Position numbers and translations under genes: made by a program. The notes beneath the pieces are model-generated. The model made no database searches, was not told the DNA's origin, and saw only the letters and a list, made by a program, of their open reading frames with translations. From contig DLRR01000002.1 of NCBI GenBank assembly GCA_002500605.1, forward strand, positions 3,313 to 67,312: 64,000 bases of DNA, in the 5' to 3' direction. This document shows positions 19,987 to 30,471 of the stretch, one piece after another. Numbering within the stretch: position 1 is the stretch's first letter; the number at the start of each line of letters is the position of its first letter. The DNA is from Nitrospinaceae bacterium UBA7883. Lineage in GTDB: Bacteria; Nitrospinota_A; UBA7883.

Positions 19987-21054
19987 ATGTCTAGTAATAC
20001 TTTTGGGAAGATATTCAGGTTAACCACTTGGGGTGAATCACATGGGCCTGCCGTAGGGGCCATTGTAGACGGCTGTCCAGCGGGAATCGCCTTGTCAGAA
20101 GAGAAAATACAAATCCAAATGGACAGACGTAGGGTTGGCCAGAGTGATATTACATCACCCCGTGGTGAACCGGATAAAGCCGAAATAATGTCTGGTGTGT
20201 TCAAAGGTAAAACCACAGGGACTCCTATTATGATCATGGTTCATAATAAAGACTCCAGGTCAGGTAGCTACGAAAACATAAAAACCAGTTTTAGACCAGG
20301 ACATGCAGATTACACCTATACAACTAAGTACGGGTTTTATGATTATAGAGGTGGTGGGCGTGCCTCGGCAAGAGAAACAGCCAGTCGTGTGGCAGGGGGT
20401 GCTGTAGCAAAAGAACTTTTGTCCTCCATGGGAATTGATGTGTTTGCCCATACTGTTGCCATTTCTGATATACATGCGAAAACTTTTGACCGAACCCAAA
20501 TAGAAAAGAACGACATACGTTGTGCTGACCCTGTTATAGCAGAAAAGATGAAACAAAGAATCCTAGATATTATGAATGAGGGTGATTCACTTGGGGGTAT
20601 TATAGATGTGGTAGCGCTAGGGGTTCCAGCTGGGCTAGGGGAGCCAATTTATGGGAAACTAGATGCCGAGCTAGCTGCAGGGTTGATGTCTATCAATGCC
20701 GTAAAAGGCGTGGAAATCGGTGCTGGATTTACTGTGGCCAAAATGCTAGGTTCCAAAAATAATGACTCCATGTACATTAAAGACGGTAAACCTGCATTCG
20801 CCTCAAATAACAGCGGAGGGATAGACGGTGGTATCTCCAACGGCAACGACATCGTGGCAAGAATTGCTGTAAAACCAACTTCATCAATAGCCAAACAGCA
20901 AAATACAATTAATACTAAATTCGAGGAAATAGCTATTCAGGTTGAGGGGCGGCACGACCCGTGTATATGCCCAAGAGCGGTACCTGTTGCTGAAGCAATG
21001 ATGTGTTTAGTGCTAGCTGATCATGTTCTGAGAAATCGCACTTCTAAGATCTAA
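19987..21054 (+). CDS. aroC: Chorismate synthase
   Basis: WGESHG, RPGHAD, GGGRASARET, GRHDPC. Confidence 0.98.
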   Translation: MSSNTFGKIFRLTTWGESHGPAVGAIVDGCPAGIALSEEKIQIQMDRRRVGQSDITSPRGEPDKAEIMSGVFKGKTTGTPIMIMVHNKDSRSGSYENIKTSFRPGHADYTYTTKYGFYDYRGGGRASARETASRVAGGAVAKELLSSMGIDVFAHTVAISDIHAKTFDRTQIEKNDIRCADPVIAEKMKQRILDIMNEGDSLGGIIDVVALGVPAGLGEPIYGKLDAELAAGLMSINAVKGVEIGAGFTVAKMLGSKNNDSMYIKDGKPAFASNNSGGIDGGISNGNDIVARIAVKPTSSIAKQQNTINTKFEEIAIQVEGRHDPCICPRAVPVAEAMMCLVLADHVLRNRTSKI

Positions 21055-21108
21055 ATGATATCCTTGTCCACGAGTGAGAATGCGTTTTGTAGTACTGGGG
21101 ACTCCAAC

Positions 21109-21696
21109 ATGGCCTCAAGCAAAAGAATAATTTTTTTTGACCTAGAGACACAGAAGGGGGCAGAACAAGTTGGTGGATGGGAAAACGCACATTTGATGGA
21201 GCTTGCAGTTGCAGTATTATATGACTCCATTGAAAGAAAATACACAAGCTACTGGGAAAAGGATGCTCAAGAACTCATAAACATATTACTAGCCGCCGAC
21301 CTAGTCGTAGGGTTCAATCATATTAAGTTTGACTATTCCGTCCTTTCGGGCTACACCAGCATAGACCTTGCTCGAGAGACAAATTCCTTCGACATACTTG
21401 CTGATATAAAAGATAGGCTCAATTTTCGAATTGGCCTAAACCGAATAGCCCAAGCCACTTTAGGCAAAGTTAAAACTGCAGATGGCCTAACCTCTTTACT
21501 GTGGTGGGCAGATGGCAAGCACGAGAAAGTAGCAGACTACTGCCAAATGGACGTTGAAATCACAAAAGAAGTTTTTGAATATGGACTTCAAAACAAAAAG
21601 TTGCTGTACAAAACAAAAAACGGCGATTCAGCACAATTATCGTTGGATTGGGATTTAGATAAGATTATTTCTGAGGCTGGCAAAGATCAAGGATGA
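21109..21696 (+). CDS. Stand-alone RNase H-like/DnaQ-like (DEDD) exonuclease domain, YprB-like
   Basis: FFDLET (ExoI), GFNHIKFD (ExoII), YCQMDV (ExoIII); likely ATG at 21109 after GGGGA (ORF open from 21055). Confidence 0.8.
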   Translation: MASSKRIIFFDLETQKGAEQVGGWENAHLMELAVAVLYDSIERKYTSYWEKDAQELINILLAADLVVGFNHIKFDYSVLSGYTSIDLARETNSFDILADIKDRLNFRIGLNRIAQATLGKVKTADGLTSLLWWADGKHEKVADYCQMDVEITKEVFEYGLQNKKLLYKTKNGDSAQLSLDWDLDKIISEAGKDQG

Positions 21697-21803
21697 CAAA
21701 GCAACAGGACGCAGCTATTTTTAATCTTACTGAATGTTTCCGGTATAGAAACGGAAATTTTCAAATTGATGTGTTATCCATTACCTATTTTTGAGCATAT
21801 AAA

Positions 21804-22505
21804 TTGAAAGTAGCTGCTTTAATACCAGCCGCCGGTGTGGGCACACGAATGAACACCGATGAGCCGAAACAGTTTATTGAGGTAGGCGGCAAACCAATCC
21901 TTGCCCATACCCTGCTAAGGCTTTGCCAATCCAGCGTGATTGATAAAATTATCCTAATAGTCCATCACAGCCAAATAAAAAGAACACAAAAAAGCATTTT
22001 GGACAAGTACCACATTAGTAGACCAGTCAATCTGGTAGAAGGGGGAAACACAAGACAAGAGTCAATCATTAATGGGTTTAATCATATACAAAATAAATAC
22101 GATATAGTTATCACTCATGATGGCGTAAGACCTTTTGTAACGCCGAAGTTAATCAACGATGTGGTACATGCAGCGATAATGCACGGTGCTGCGATCGCTG
22201 CTATTTGCTCTACAGATACATTGAAATGTGTAAAGAATGGGTTTGTGGAAAAAGCAGTTGCAAGAAATAACATTTACCACGTACAGACCCCACAAGCATT
22301 TCAGTTCAACATTTTGCGCGAAGCCATAGACCGAGCCAATTGTGATGGTTTTAATGGTACCGATGAATCTACACTGGTTGAGAGAATGGGGTTGCCAATA
22401 AAGGTGATAGAAGGCTCGGTTCTAAACCTCAAGGTTACAACACCTGACCAAATTAATCTTTGTAACGCTATCCTTAAAACCCAGGTAGCGTTACAAGACC
22501 AGTGA
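21804..22505 (+). CDS. ispD: 2-C-methyl-D-erythritol 4-phosphate cytidylyltransferase
   Basis: PAAGVGTRM..PKQF, GG.TRQES, HDGVRPF, QTPQAF, TDE, NLKVTTP. Confidence 0.96.
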   Translation: MKVAALIPAAGVGTRMNTDEPKQFIEVGGKPILAHTLLRLCQSSVIDKIILIVHHSQIKRTQKSILDKYHISRPVNLVEGGNTRQESIINGFNHIQNKYDIVITHDGVRPFVTPKLINDVVHAAIMHGAAIAAICSTDTLKCVKNGFVEKAVARNNIYHVQTPQAFQFNILREAIDRANCDGFNGTDESTLVERMGLPIKVIEGSVLNLKVTTPDQINLCNAILKTQVALQDQ

Positions 22506-22534
22506 CATATCAACTCAAAAAAGCCAAGACGACT

Positions 22535-23746
22535 TTACAATATTTTTACAAACTTTCGCTTTCCGACTTTAATAAGATACTCTCCACCTTTGGGTAATTT
22601 ATAATCTTGGTCAATTACTTTTTCCCCATTAACTGAGACTGCACCTTGCTTTATCATCCTACGCCCATCGGAATTACTTCTCACCAAGCCTGCGTCATTT
22701 AAAAGATTCGCTAACACCAATTCTGTGTTTACCCAATCTGGCTTAAACGCTGGAACTTTATCTGGAACCTCCTTTTTCTTGAATATGTTTGCAAACTCAA
22801 TAGCCGCAGCCGCAGCCTGATCATGACTGTGATAACGGGAAACAACCTCCTTACCAAGGTTAGCTTTAGCGTCCTTAGGGTGAACCTTACCAGAGGTGAT
22901 GTCATCTTTTAGCTGAGCAAGGTCTTCATTTGAAATCGAAGATACCAACTCGTAATATCGGAGCATCAGATCATCTGATATAGACATCACCTTACCAAAA
23001 ATCTCTTTTGCTGGCTCATTGATTCCTATGTAGTTATTGAATGACTTGCTCATCTTCTTCACTCCATCTGTTCCTTCAAGCAGGGGTAAAGTAAGTGCTA
23101 CTTGGGGTGATTTGCCATAACTTCGCTGAAGATCCCTACCAACTAGCAGGTTAAACTTCTGGTCGTTTCCTCCGAGCTCCACATCAGCCTCCATTACAAC
23201 GGAATCATACCCTTGGAAAAGTGGATACAAAAATTCGTGTATCGGAATACCAGTACCAGCAGAGTAGCGTTTGGAGAAGTCATCTCGCTCAAGCATTCTG
23301 GCTACCGTGTATTTTGATGCTAATTCCACAATATCTTGGGGCGTTAGGTTGTTTAACCAGCGGCTGTTGTATAAAACCTGTGTAGAGTTTGAGTCTAATA
23401 TTTTAAAGACTTGTTCAGTGTAGGTTATTGAGTTTTTAGCTACTTGTTCCATTGTAAGAGGCGGACGGGTCTCTGACTTTCCTGTAGGATCACCAATACA
23501 ACCAGTAAAATCACCTATTAAGAACATAATGGTATGGCCGAGTTCCTGAAACTGGCGCATTTTGTGGAGAAGAACACTATGCCCAAGGTGCAAATCCGGT
23601 GCAGTGGGATCAAATCCAGCCTTTATTTTGAGGGGCATTTTGGTATCCCTCGATTTATCTAGTTTCTTTTCTAAGTCTTCTTCCCCAAGTATCTCCAAAG
23701 TACCACGCCGAATTATTTTTAACTGTTCTTCTGTTGATTTAAACAT
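22535..23746 (-). CDS. tyrS: Tyrosine--tRNA ligase
   Basis: [25 protein letters not shown]-terminal S4 domain. Confidence 0.98.
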   Translation of the reverse strand: MFKSTEEQLKIIRRGTLEILGEEDLEKKLDKSRDTKMPLKIKAGFDPTAPDLHLGHSVLLHKMRQFQELGHTIMFLIGDFTGCIGDPTGKSETRPPLTMEQVAKNSITYTEQVFKILDSNSTQVLYNSRWLNNLTPQDIVELASKYTVARMLERDDFSKRYSAGTGIPIHEFLYPLFQGYDSVVMEADVELGGNDQKFNLLVGRDLQRSYGKSPQVALTLPLLEGTDGVKKMSKSFNNYIGINEPAKEIFGKVMSISDDLMLRYYELVSSISNEDLAQLKDDITSGKVHPKDAKANLGKEVVSRYHSHDQAAAAAIEFANIFKKKEVPDKVPAFKPDWVNTELVLANLLNDAGLVRSNSDGRRMIKQGAVSVNGEKVIDQDYKLPKGGEYLIKVGKRKFVKIL

Positions 23747-23842
23747 TTAATGCCAAGAATCTATTAGTATTAAGGATTAGTTGCAGAAGGTAACACAGGC
23801 ACTATTAATATGGAAAAGAAAAGAAAATTGACACAATAAACA

Positions 23843-25546
23843 ATGGGTAACTTTAGGCTAATAGCTGAGGCTCGTCTACAGCGTGAGAACGGAACGGTCC
23901 TAAAGGACCATGGAGGCAGAGTACGTGTTGCCCTTGTCTACCCCAACTTATACTCCATCGCTATGAGCAACCTTGGATACCAAAAAGTCTACTCCCTGCT
24001 TAATGCGCGTGACAATGTGGTATGTGAGAGAGCATTCATGCCAGAATCAAAAGAACTGTTAAGCATGGAAAACAGTGGGAATGTTTTATCCAGCTTGGAA
24101 TCAAATACACCTTTGAACAGGTTTGACATGGTATGTTTTTCAATCACTTTTGAAATGGATTACATCAATGTTTTAAGAATCCTCAAGCTTTCCAACATCC
24201 CGTTTAGAAGTCAAAATAGGGATAAGTTGCTTGTGGCAGTAGGAGGATTGGCTCCAACACTTAACCCTGCTGTAATGTCGCCCTTTGCAGACTTAGTTTT
24301 TATCGGGGAAGCAGAGGAAATCATAAATCCATTTATTGATGCTTATATCAATGAAGAAACTTCGCTGAAGCGGTTTGCAAGAGTGCCTGGTTGCCTGGTC
24401 CCAAGTCTGCAGGAAAAGAACACAAATAATGATGTGCAGGTTAAGCGTGCTTGGAGTAGTGATGATAGTCCCAACCACACTACAATTCACACAACTGAAA
24501 CTGTGTTTGGAGATATGTGGCTGGTAGAGACAGGAAAAGGATGTGGCAGGCACTGTCGGTTTTGTGCTGCAGGGTATTCTTACAGGCCTACTAGACACTA
24601 CTCGCTTAAAAGCATTCTGTCCGCTATTGACAAAGGGCTTGCAGTTAATGGAAAAATTGGGCTTGTGGGCAGTGCCATATCCGATCATCCAGATGCTTTG
24701 AAAATATTCCGCTACATAATTAGCTGTAATGGTCAATTTAGCATCTCATCTCTCCGCATTGATAGCCTGAGTGAAGAATGGCTTTCCCTTATATCCAAAG
24801 GAGGCTCCAACGCTATTACTGTAGCTCCAGAAGCTGGTTCAGAAACGCTGCGCAAAAAGATTAATAAGGAAATTACAGACAGCGCAATAATAAATGCCAT
24901 AGCCAAAATGTCAAAAGCGGGACCTTTCAATATTAAATTGTACTTTCTTGTTGGCTTACCAAGTGAGATTGATAAGGATGTGGAAGCTATAGTCGCACTC
25001 ATTAAAGCATCACAAAAAGTCATGGTGGATAGCTCCAGAACCCGTGGCACACTAGGATCAATTGAAGTTAGTGTAAATTGTTTTGTGCCTAAACCTAATA
25101 CCCCGTTTGAGCGAGAACCATTTGAAAACATAAAGATACTAAAAAATAGACTCAAAATAGTCAAAAACGGTTTGTCTAAAGTTCCAAACGTTTCCGTATC
25201 AACAAGTTCTCCTCGTCTAGACTATATTCAGGCCTTGCTCTCTTTGGGAAACGAGCAAATAGGGTCATTCATTGAAAAGGCTGTGGAATTAAATGGTGAT
25301 TTAATTGAGGCACTTAAATATTTTAGATTATCAGGGGTTAATCCTGACCTTATCGTATATAGGCGAAAGGAAAACAATGAAGTTTTGCCTTGGGCAAAGG
25401 TGGGTCATGGCATGAGAGATGATTATCTCACCCGAGAAGTGGAAAGGAGTGAGCAAGCAAAAACAATAAGCGAATGTCCTCCTCCAGATGTAGAGTGTTT
25501 ACGGTGTGGTGTTTATTTAGGGGTATGTGTAAATGAGAAATCCTAA
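23843..25546 (+). CDS. Radical SAM protein (TIGR03960-like, uncharacterised)
   Basis: YPN.Y..AMSNLG N-terminus, CGRHCRFC cluster motif, APEAGSE, C-terminal Cys cluster. Confidence 0.85.
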   Translation: MGNFRLIAEARLQRENGTVLKDHGGRVRVALVYPNLYSIAMSNLGYQKVYSLLNARDNVVCERAFMPESKELLSMENSGNVLSSLESNTPLNRFDMVCFSITFEMDYINVLRILKLSNIPFRSQNRDKLLVAVGGLAPTLNPAVMSPFADLVFIGEAEEIINPFIDAYINEETSLKRFARVPGCLVPSLQEKNTNNDVQVKRAWSSDDSPNHTTIHTTETVFGDMWLVETGKGCGRHCRFCAAGYSYRPTRHYSLKSILSAIDKGLAVNGKIGLVGSAISDHPDALKIFRYIISCNGQFSISSLRIDSLSEEWLSLISKGGSNAITVAPEAGSETLRKKINKEITDSAIINAIAKMSKAGPFNIKLYFLVGLPSEIDKDVEAIVALIKASQKVMVDSSRTRGTLGSIEVSVNCFVPKPNTPFEREPFENIKILKNRLKIVKNGLSKVPNVSVSTSSPRLDYIQALLSLGNEQIGSFIEKAVELNGDLIEALKYFRLSGVNPDLIVYRRKENNEVLPWAKVGHGMRDDYLTREVERSEQAKTISECPPPDVECLRCGVYLGVCVNEKS

Positions 25547-26318
25547 AGCTTTAGCCCTAATTGAAAGCTTCAGGAAGATACCTGCGGTGGAACCAGAAAT
25601 ATATCAATTCCAAAGTTTCACTTGGTCAGGGTTTGACACTGTTGTAACCGGTCGTAATGGTGGTATCAGCCCATTACCATTCAACTCGCTGAATTTGAGT
25701 GCAAATGTGGGTGACTCTGCAAAAAATGTGGCCGGTAATTTTTCCCGAGTCATGGAAGCCACAGACATAACGGAGATATGGAATCCAAGGCAAGTCCATG
25801 GAGATAACGTGGTAATAATAAACTCTATTACCCCAGCAAATAGTTTGAAAGGTGATGCTGTGATTACAAACTTAAAGGGGTTATACACTGGAGTGCTGAC
25901 AGCAGATTGCTTGCCCATATTGCTCGCTGAGCCAGAACGCAAAGTAGTAGCGGCAATCCATGCAGGTAGACGAGGCTGTGAAAAATTAATAGCTGCAAAA
26001 GTGGTAAATATTATGATTAAAAACTTTAATTGTAATCCCAGTAAAATCTTAGCCGCACTTGGGCCATGTATTCGTAATTGCTGTTATGAGGTGGATGCAG
26101 CAACAGCAAGCAAGTTCTCAAAAAACTGCGGTTGCACAGATGGAAAGTATTTAGATATTGTTGCTGCTAGCCTTGGGCAACTACTAAGCTGCGGTGTTAA
26201 CAGCAAAAATGTTTTCGATTGCAGCGTATGCACCTCATGCGATAATGCAAGCTTCTTTTCCCACCGAAAAGATAGAAATAAAACAGGAAGGTTTCTTTCA
26301 GCTATTGCTGTTAGATAA
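25533..26318 (+). CDS. pgeF: PgeF/YfiH family (purine nucleoside phosphorylase/laccase-domain) protein
   Basis: SLNL, QVHG, TADCLPI, HAGRRG, GPCI..CCYEV, CT.C..FFSHR. Confidence 0.93.
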   Translation: MRNPKALALIESFRKIPAVEPEIYQFQSFTWSGFDTVVTGRNGGISPLPFNSLNLSANVGDSAKNVAGNFSRVMEATDITEIWNPRQVHGDNVVIINSITPANSLKGDAVITNLKGLYTGVLTADCLPILLAEPERKVVAAIHAGRRGCEKLIAAKVVNIMIKNFNCNPSKILAALGPCIRNCCYEVDAATASKFSKNCGCTDGKYLDIVAASLGQLLSCGVNSKNVFDCSVCTSCDNASFFSHRKDRNKTGRFLSAIAVR

Positions 26319-26344
26319 AAAGTTAGGTATTTACACGTATGGTT

Positions 26345-28174
26345 TCATAGGGCCTCATACATTTTCTTAGCCGCATTCTCGGAAAGACCAATTGCAGCCG
26401 CAAATTCTTCTAAAGTAGCTTCGCGTATTCTCTTGACTGAACCAAATTTTCTTAGCAAGGTCTTCTTTCGTTTAGGCCCCATGCCTGGGATGCAATCAAG
26501 TGATGAACGGGTCATGGACGAATCCCTATGCTTTTTGTGGTAGGAAATAGCAAACCGATGAGCTTCATCTCTAGCTCTTTGTAGAAGATGCCTTCCCGGT
26601 GAGGATGTAGGAAAACTAATTGGGCTTGGGTTTTCAGGTTTGTAAAAAACATCAGACTCCGGCTTGTTTCTTTCGGTTCCTTTTGCCAAACCAACCATTG
26701 GTGGAGGATCGATTCCTGATTCTTTTAATTTCCGATGCACTGTATTGACCTGACCTTTGCCTCCGTCGATTATTAATAGGTCAGGTGGGTCACTCCCTTT
26801 CTCGAATACCTGACGTAACCTTCTCCCAACTATTTCGACTAGTGAAGCGTAATCATTGGTTCCGATTATAGTTCTGATCTTATATCTTCTGTATTCGGCA
26901 TTGGACATAACGCCATCACGAAATACAACCATTGAACCAACTGAGGACACCCCGGAAGTATGGGAAATGTCATATGCCTCCATATGCCTTGGTATAACGT
27001 CGAGACAAAGCTTTTCTTTAATTTCTTCAAGCGCCTCCTCAATCATCTTTTGTGAGTTGGTCTCAAGCATCAGACGGGATTTAGCATTATTTTCCGCCAT
27101 TTCAATAAGCTTTCTTTTCTTCCCACGTAAAGGTTCCATTATACGGACCTTATTACCCGACATTTCCGAGAGTCTTTCTCCTAATGGTTCTCTATCTTCT
27201 GGAATACGGTTAACTAGTATCTGTGGAGGTATTTTCATCCCTTTATTATAGAACTGACGAATAAAGGCACTAATAGCTTCCGCTCGGTCTTGCTCTCCAA
27301 GTTTGTCGAATACAAAACTTCTCTCGCCATTCATTTTGCCATTTTGAATCTGGAGAATTTGAATGACCAACCTACCACCATTTTCGTAGGAGGCTATAAC
27401 ATCTTTGTTGGTAAGATCTGTATCGGTTATCATTTGCTGCTCGGTAATTAGTTCTATTGCTCCTATTTGATCACGATATGTGGCTGCTAGCTCGAACAGT
27501 TCATTATCGGCAGCTTCCAGCATTTTGTTTTTTATAACATCAAGTAACTCTTCGTTACGCCCGCGCAGGAAAAGCACTACTTGGTCTACCAATGCTTGAT
27601 ATTCTGATACGCTTACTTTCCCAGCACAAGGTGCCAAACATCTACCCATTTGATAATTAAGACAAGGTTTACGAATCGGCTTTCCATTTAAGTTATCACG
27701 GCTTTGCCGAAGCGGGAATATTTTGTGGATTAATTTCATTGTCCTACGAACAGACTTTGCCGAAACAAATGGGCCAAAATACATTCCCCCATCCTTCAAA
27801 ACTTTTCGCACCAAAAGAAGCCGAGGAAAAGTCTCACCCATTGTAACGTTTAGATATGGGTAGTTCTTATCATCACGTAACATTACGTTATACGGCGGTT
27901 GCTCCTTTTTTATGAGATTGTCTTCGAGAATAAGAGCTTCAACCTCTGAGGCTGTAAGCATAAACTCAATTGATCGCACTTTAGACACCATGACTGAGAT
28001 GCGTGGCGATAAGCTAGCTGATTTTTGAAAATACGAGCGCACCCGATGGCGAAGGGATATTGCTTTTCCAATATAAAGGGTTTTCCCTGATCCCGCCTTC
28101 ATTTTGTAAACGCCGGGTTTTGCAGGTATACCTTTTAAGGTGTGTTGTAATTGCTCAAGCCACTTGTTCATCAT
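26345..28174 (-). CDS. uvrC: Excinuclease ABC subunit C
   Basis: PGVY..YIGKA..LR.RV.SYF GIY-YIG domain, UVR domain, DISH, IDGGKGQ, RDEAHRFA, HhH. Confidence 0.97.
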   Translation of the reverse strand: MMNKWLEQLQHTLKGIPAKPGVYKMKAGSGKTLYIGKAISLRHRVRSYFQKSASLSPRISVMVSKVRSIEFMLTASEVEALILEDNLIKKEQPPYNVMLRDDKNYPYLNVTMGETFPRLLLVRKVLKDGGMYFGPFVSAKSVRRTMKLIHKIFPLRQSRDNLNGKPIRKPCLNYQMGRCLAPCAGKVSVSEYQALVDQVVLFLRGRNEELLDVIKNKMLEAADNELFELAATYRDQIGAIELITEQQMITDTDLTNKDVIASYENGGRLVIQILQIQNGKMNGERSFVFDKLGEQDRAEAISAFIRQFYNKGMKIPPQILVNRIPEDREPLGERLSEMSGNKVRIMEPLRGKKRKLIEMAENNAKSRLMLETNSQKMIEEALEEIKEKLCLDVIPRHMEAYDISHTSGVSSVGSMVVFRDGVMSNAEYRRYKIRTIIGTNDYASLVEIVGRRLRQVFEKGSDPPDLLIIDGGKGQVNTVHRKLKESGIDPPPMVGLAKGTERNKPESDVFYKPENPSPISFPTSSPGRHLLQRARDEAHRFAISYHKKHRDSSMTRSSLDCIPGMGPKRKKTLLRKFGSVKRIREATLEEFAAAIGLSENAAKKMYEAL

Positions 28175-28383
28175 TAAATCATAGATATTGCCATGGATAC
28201 TGTTAGAGATTGAAACTGGAAATATTTATCCTATTTCTGAACAGTAAAAACAACCTTTCCTAAAACCATCCTTTATTGGTACATCTTCCCACACAAAATG
28301 TTGTTTTTAGCCTATCTGACTAATCTACTAAAATCAACAGCCTTTAACATATTGTTTATAAAGTGTTTACAGTGCTTGTTTTG

Positions 28384-28399
28384 CGGCACAGTAATTGCG
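28384..28399 (+). promoter_or_regulatory. Putative sigma54 (-24/-12) promoter
   Basis: CGGCACAGTAATTGCG with GG-N10-GC spacing, 38 nt before the ATG at 28438. Confidence 0.65.
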
Positions 28400-28437
28400 A
28401 AACTAAATATCAAGCAATGGTAAAAAGGATTTGAACT

Positions 28438-28992
28438 ATGGAGTGGTTTCAGTTGCCCATATCATTACTAGCTGCACTAAGTATAGGTTTTATAGTGTTA
28501 GCTCTTACAATCATGCAATCAGATGGAAGGCTGAGTTCCAAATTAGTTCACAACCGGCATGACCCAGAAATGATAGCCCGTTGTGAAAAGCTAGTTTTAC
28601 GTTACCTTAACAGCGATAATCCTTCATTCGATGAGTTGTTTGTCAAGGTAAAGGAGTTTTCGGGTTCTACCGCCTTGGACATCACGCTTATGGCTGCTAC
28701 TAGGGCTATGGAATATGATATAACATTTCGCCGTGATCGCCTTCACAGACTCAGGGCCATAATATTAGATCGTTTGGGCAGGTTTGCTGAGGCGACGGAA
28801 AGTTGTCGCGCATCATTGCGATGGGATAATAACCATACTGAGACGAGAAAACTGTTAATTAAAGCATATCTTAAATGTGGTTCGTATAAATTAGCCAGGC
28901 TCGAGATAGAAAAGATCCTACCTAGTAAGAAAAGTGATATGGATGTAGAGCTTTATGGTGATTTATTACGAAAACTTGATCCGGCAGCATAA
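28438..28992 (+). CDS. Membrane-anchored TPR-like hypothetical protein
   Basis: N-terminal TM helix; LGRFAEATESCRASL..D.NH..TR.LL..AY TPR-like pattern; AAGGA RBS. Confidence 0.65.
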   Translation: MEWFQLPISLLAALSIGFIVLALTIMQSDGRLSSKLVHNRHDPEMIARCEKLVLRYLNSDNPSFDELFVKVKEFSGSTALDITLMAATRAMEYDITFRRDRLHRLRAIILDRLGRFAEATESCRASLRWDNNHTETRKLLIKAYLKCGSYKLARLEIEKILPSKKSDMDVELYGDLLRKLDPAA

Positions 28993-29295
28993 TAATTTAG
29001 TCTAATAGCCAAGGTTTTGTTCTGTCCATAGCTCAAGCAGATATACCCTATTTCCAAGAGTTTCTACGTGATTGAAAGATGCAACCCACAATGGCTTTGG
29101 TAAGTTTTAGTATATGTGAGCAGTTCATCTAATGCATACTGTCCTAACGCTAGCATTGAGGAACATACTATTTTAGCATCTAGATCGCACTTAAAAGGCT
29201 ACAGCAATAACTCGGTGGTTTGATGGTTTGCTGGTATTGGCACAACTTTTTAAGCCGGCCTATATAAGGTCGGCCTCTTGGCATAATCAGTATAA

Positions 29296-29958
29296 ATGAT
29301 TGTTATCCCTGTTTTAGACCTACAAAATGGATTAGCTGTTGCAGCAATGGGAGGAGAACGTAAAAAATACCAGCCGCTAAAGTCAATTTTTGATCCTTCG
29401 CCTGATCCAGTTGCACTGGTTCAATCTATAATAAAACACACTGGTCTTCAAACTTTTTACATTGCCGACCTTAACGCGATTACTGGGAATGGCTCAAATC
29501 AGCATGTTATTAACGAGATAATAAATAGGACTTCAGCTAATTTGTGGCTGGATCGTGGTGTTGTTATAGCTGCTGAATTAAAGAGTAATAATCGTATAAC
29601 AACCATTGCTGCAACGGAAACTTTTAAAGACTGGACAACGGTAAAAAACTTATCAAAAGAGATAGTCTCAATCGACATTAAAAATGGCAAACTCATCTCC
29701 ACAGAAAGTCACCTGACCATAGATTCTGTTTTGAAAGTATCTAGGCAAGCTGGTGCAAAAAAGTTTTTACACCTTAGGCTAGATGCTGTTGGCGGTAAAA
29801 GATTTAACCCTAAAGGCCTTATAAAACCAATAAAAGGTGAAGATTGGTATTCGGGAGGAGGAGTGGCAAGTCAGTCTGATTTAAAGATACTAGATCAATC
29901 TGGCTATTTGGGAGCATTGGTGGGATCATCATTTCATTCTGGTGAACTAACGATTTAA
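29296..29958 (+). CDS. HisA/HisF-related TIM-barrel protein (H4MPT/methanofuran-cluster Orf17-like)
   Basis: IPVLDL.NG.AV.A.GG.R..Y.PL.S, YIADLNAI.G, W.D.G, ATET, L.AVG, GGGV motifs; differs from canonical HisA (IPAID...VRL..G). Confidence 0.8.
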   Translation: MIVIPVLDLQNGLAVAAMGGERKKYQPLKSIFDPSPDPVALVQSIIKHTGLQTFYIADLNAITGNGSNQHVINEIINRTSANLWLDRGVVIAAELKSNNRITTIAATETFKDWTTVKNLSKEIVSIDIKNGKLISTESHLTIDSVLKVSRQAGAKKFLHLRLDAVGGKRFNPKGLIKPIKGEDWYSGGGVASQSDLKILDQSGYLGALVGSSFHSGELTI

Positions 29959-29978
29959 TGTGCTCTGCTAGTCAACCA

Positions 29979-30392
29979 TTACATAATCTCAAGCTCGCTG
30001 AAAAAAAATGCTATTTCACGAGCCGCAGACGATGGTGAGTCAGAACCGTGAACAGAGTTTTGCTCTAAACTCTGACCAAAATCTTTTCTGATGGTTCCAT
30101 CAGCTGCGTCAACCGGATTGGTGGCTCCCATAGCATCACGCCATTGCAACTGAGCTTTTTCACCTTCTAGTACAATTACATAGCAAGGTCCCGAAGCCAT
30201 GTAATCGGTAAGGGAATCAAAAAAAGGTCGTTCTTTGTGTTCAATATAAAAATCCTCCGCTTGATCCTTGCTCATATGAATAAGCTTCATGGCGATAATC
30301 TTAAGGCCATTGCTTTCGATTCTGCTAACTATTTTCCCGGTTAAAGCACGGGAAGCTGCATCGGGTTTAATGATTGCTAAAGTTTGGTCCAT
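29979..30392 (-). CDS. ndk: Nucleoside-diphosphate kinase
   Basis: [24 protein letters not shown]. Confidence 0.98.
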   Translation of the reverse strand: MDQTLAIIKPDAASRALTGKIVSRIESNGLKIIAMKLIHMSKDQAEDFYIEHKERPFFDSLTDYMASGPCYVIVLEGEKAQLQWRDAMGATNPVDAADGTIRKDFGQSLEQNSVHGSDSPSSAAREIAFFFSELEIM

Positions 30393-30471
30393 TTTATGTT
30401 AGTAGCTCCTATATGCAAACAAAACCTTCAGTTGCCAAAAAAAACAGACTGGAGGTAAATACTTTTATTTT

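Noticed and set aside
28993-29295. 300-bp gap with a small hairpin (GCCGGCCT-ATATA-AGGTCGGC) as an sRNA or gene remnant
   Set aside because: No convincing ORF, homology or known RNA motif visible.
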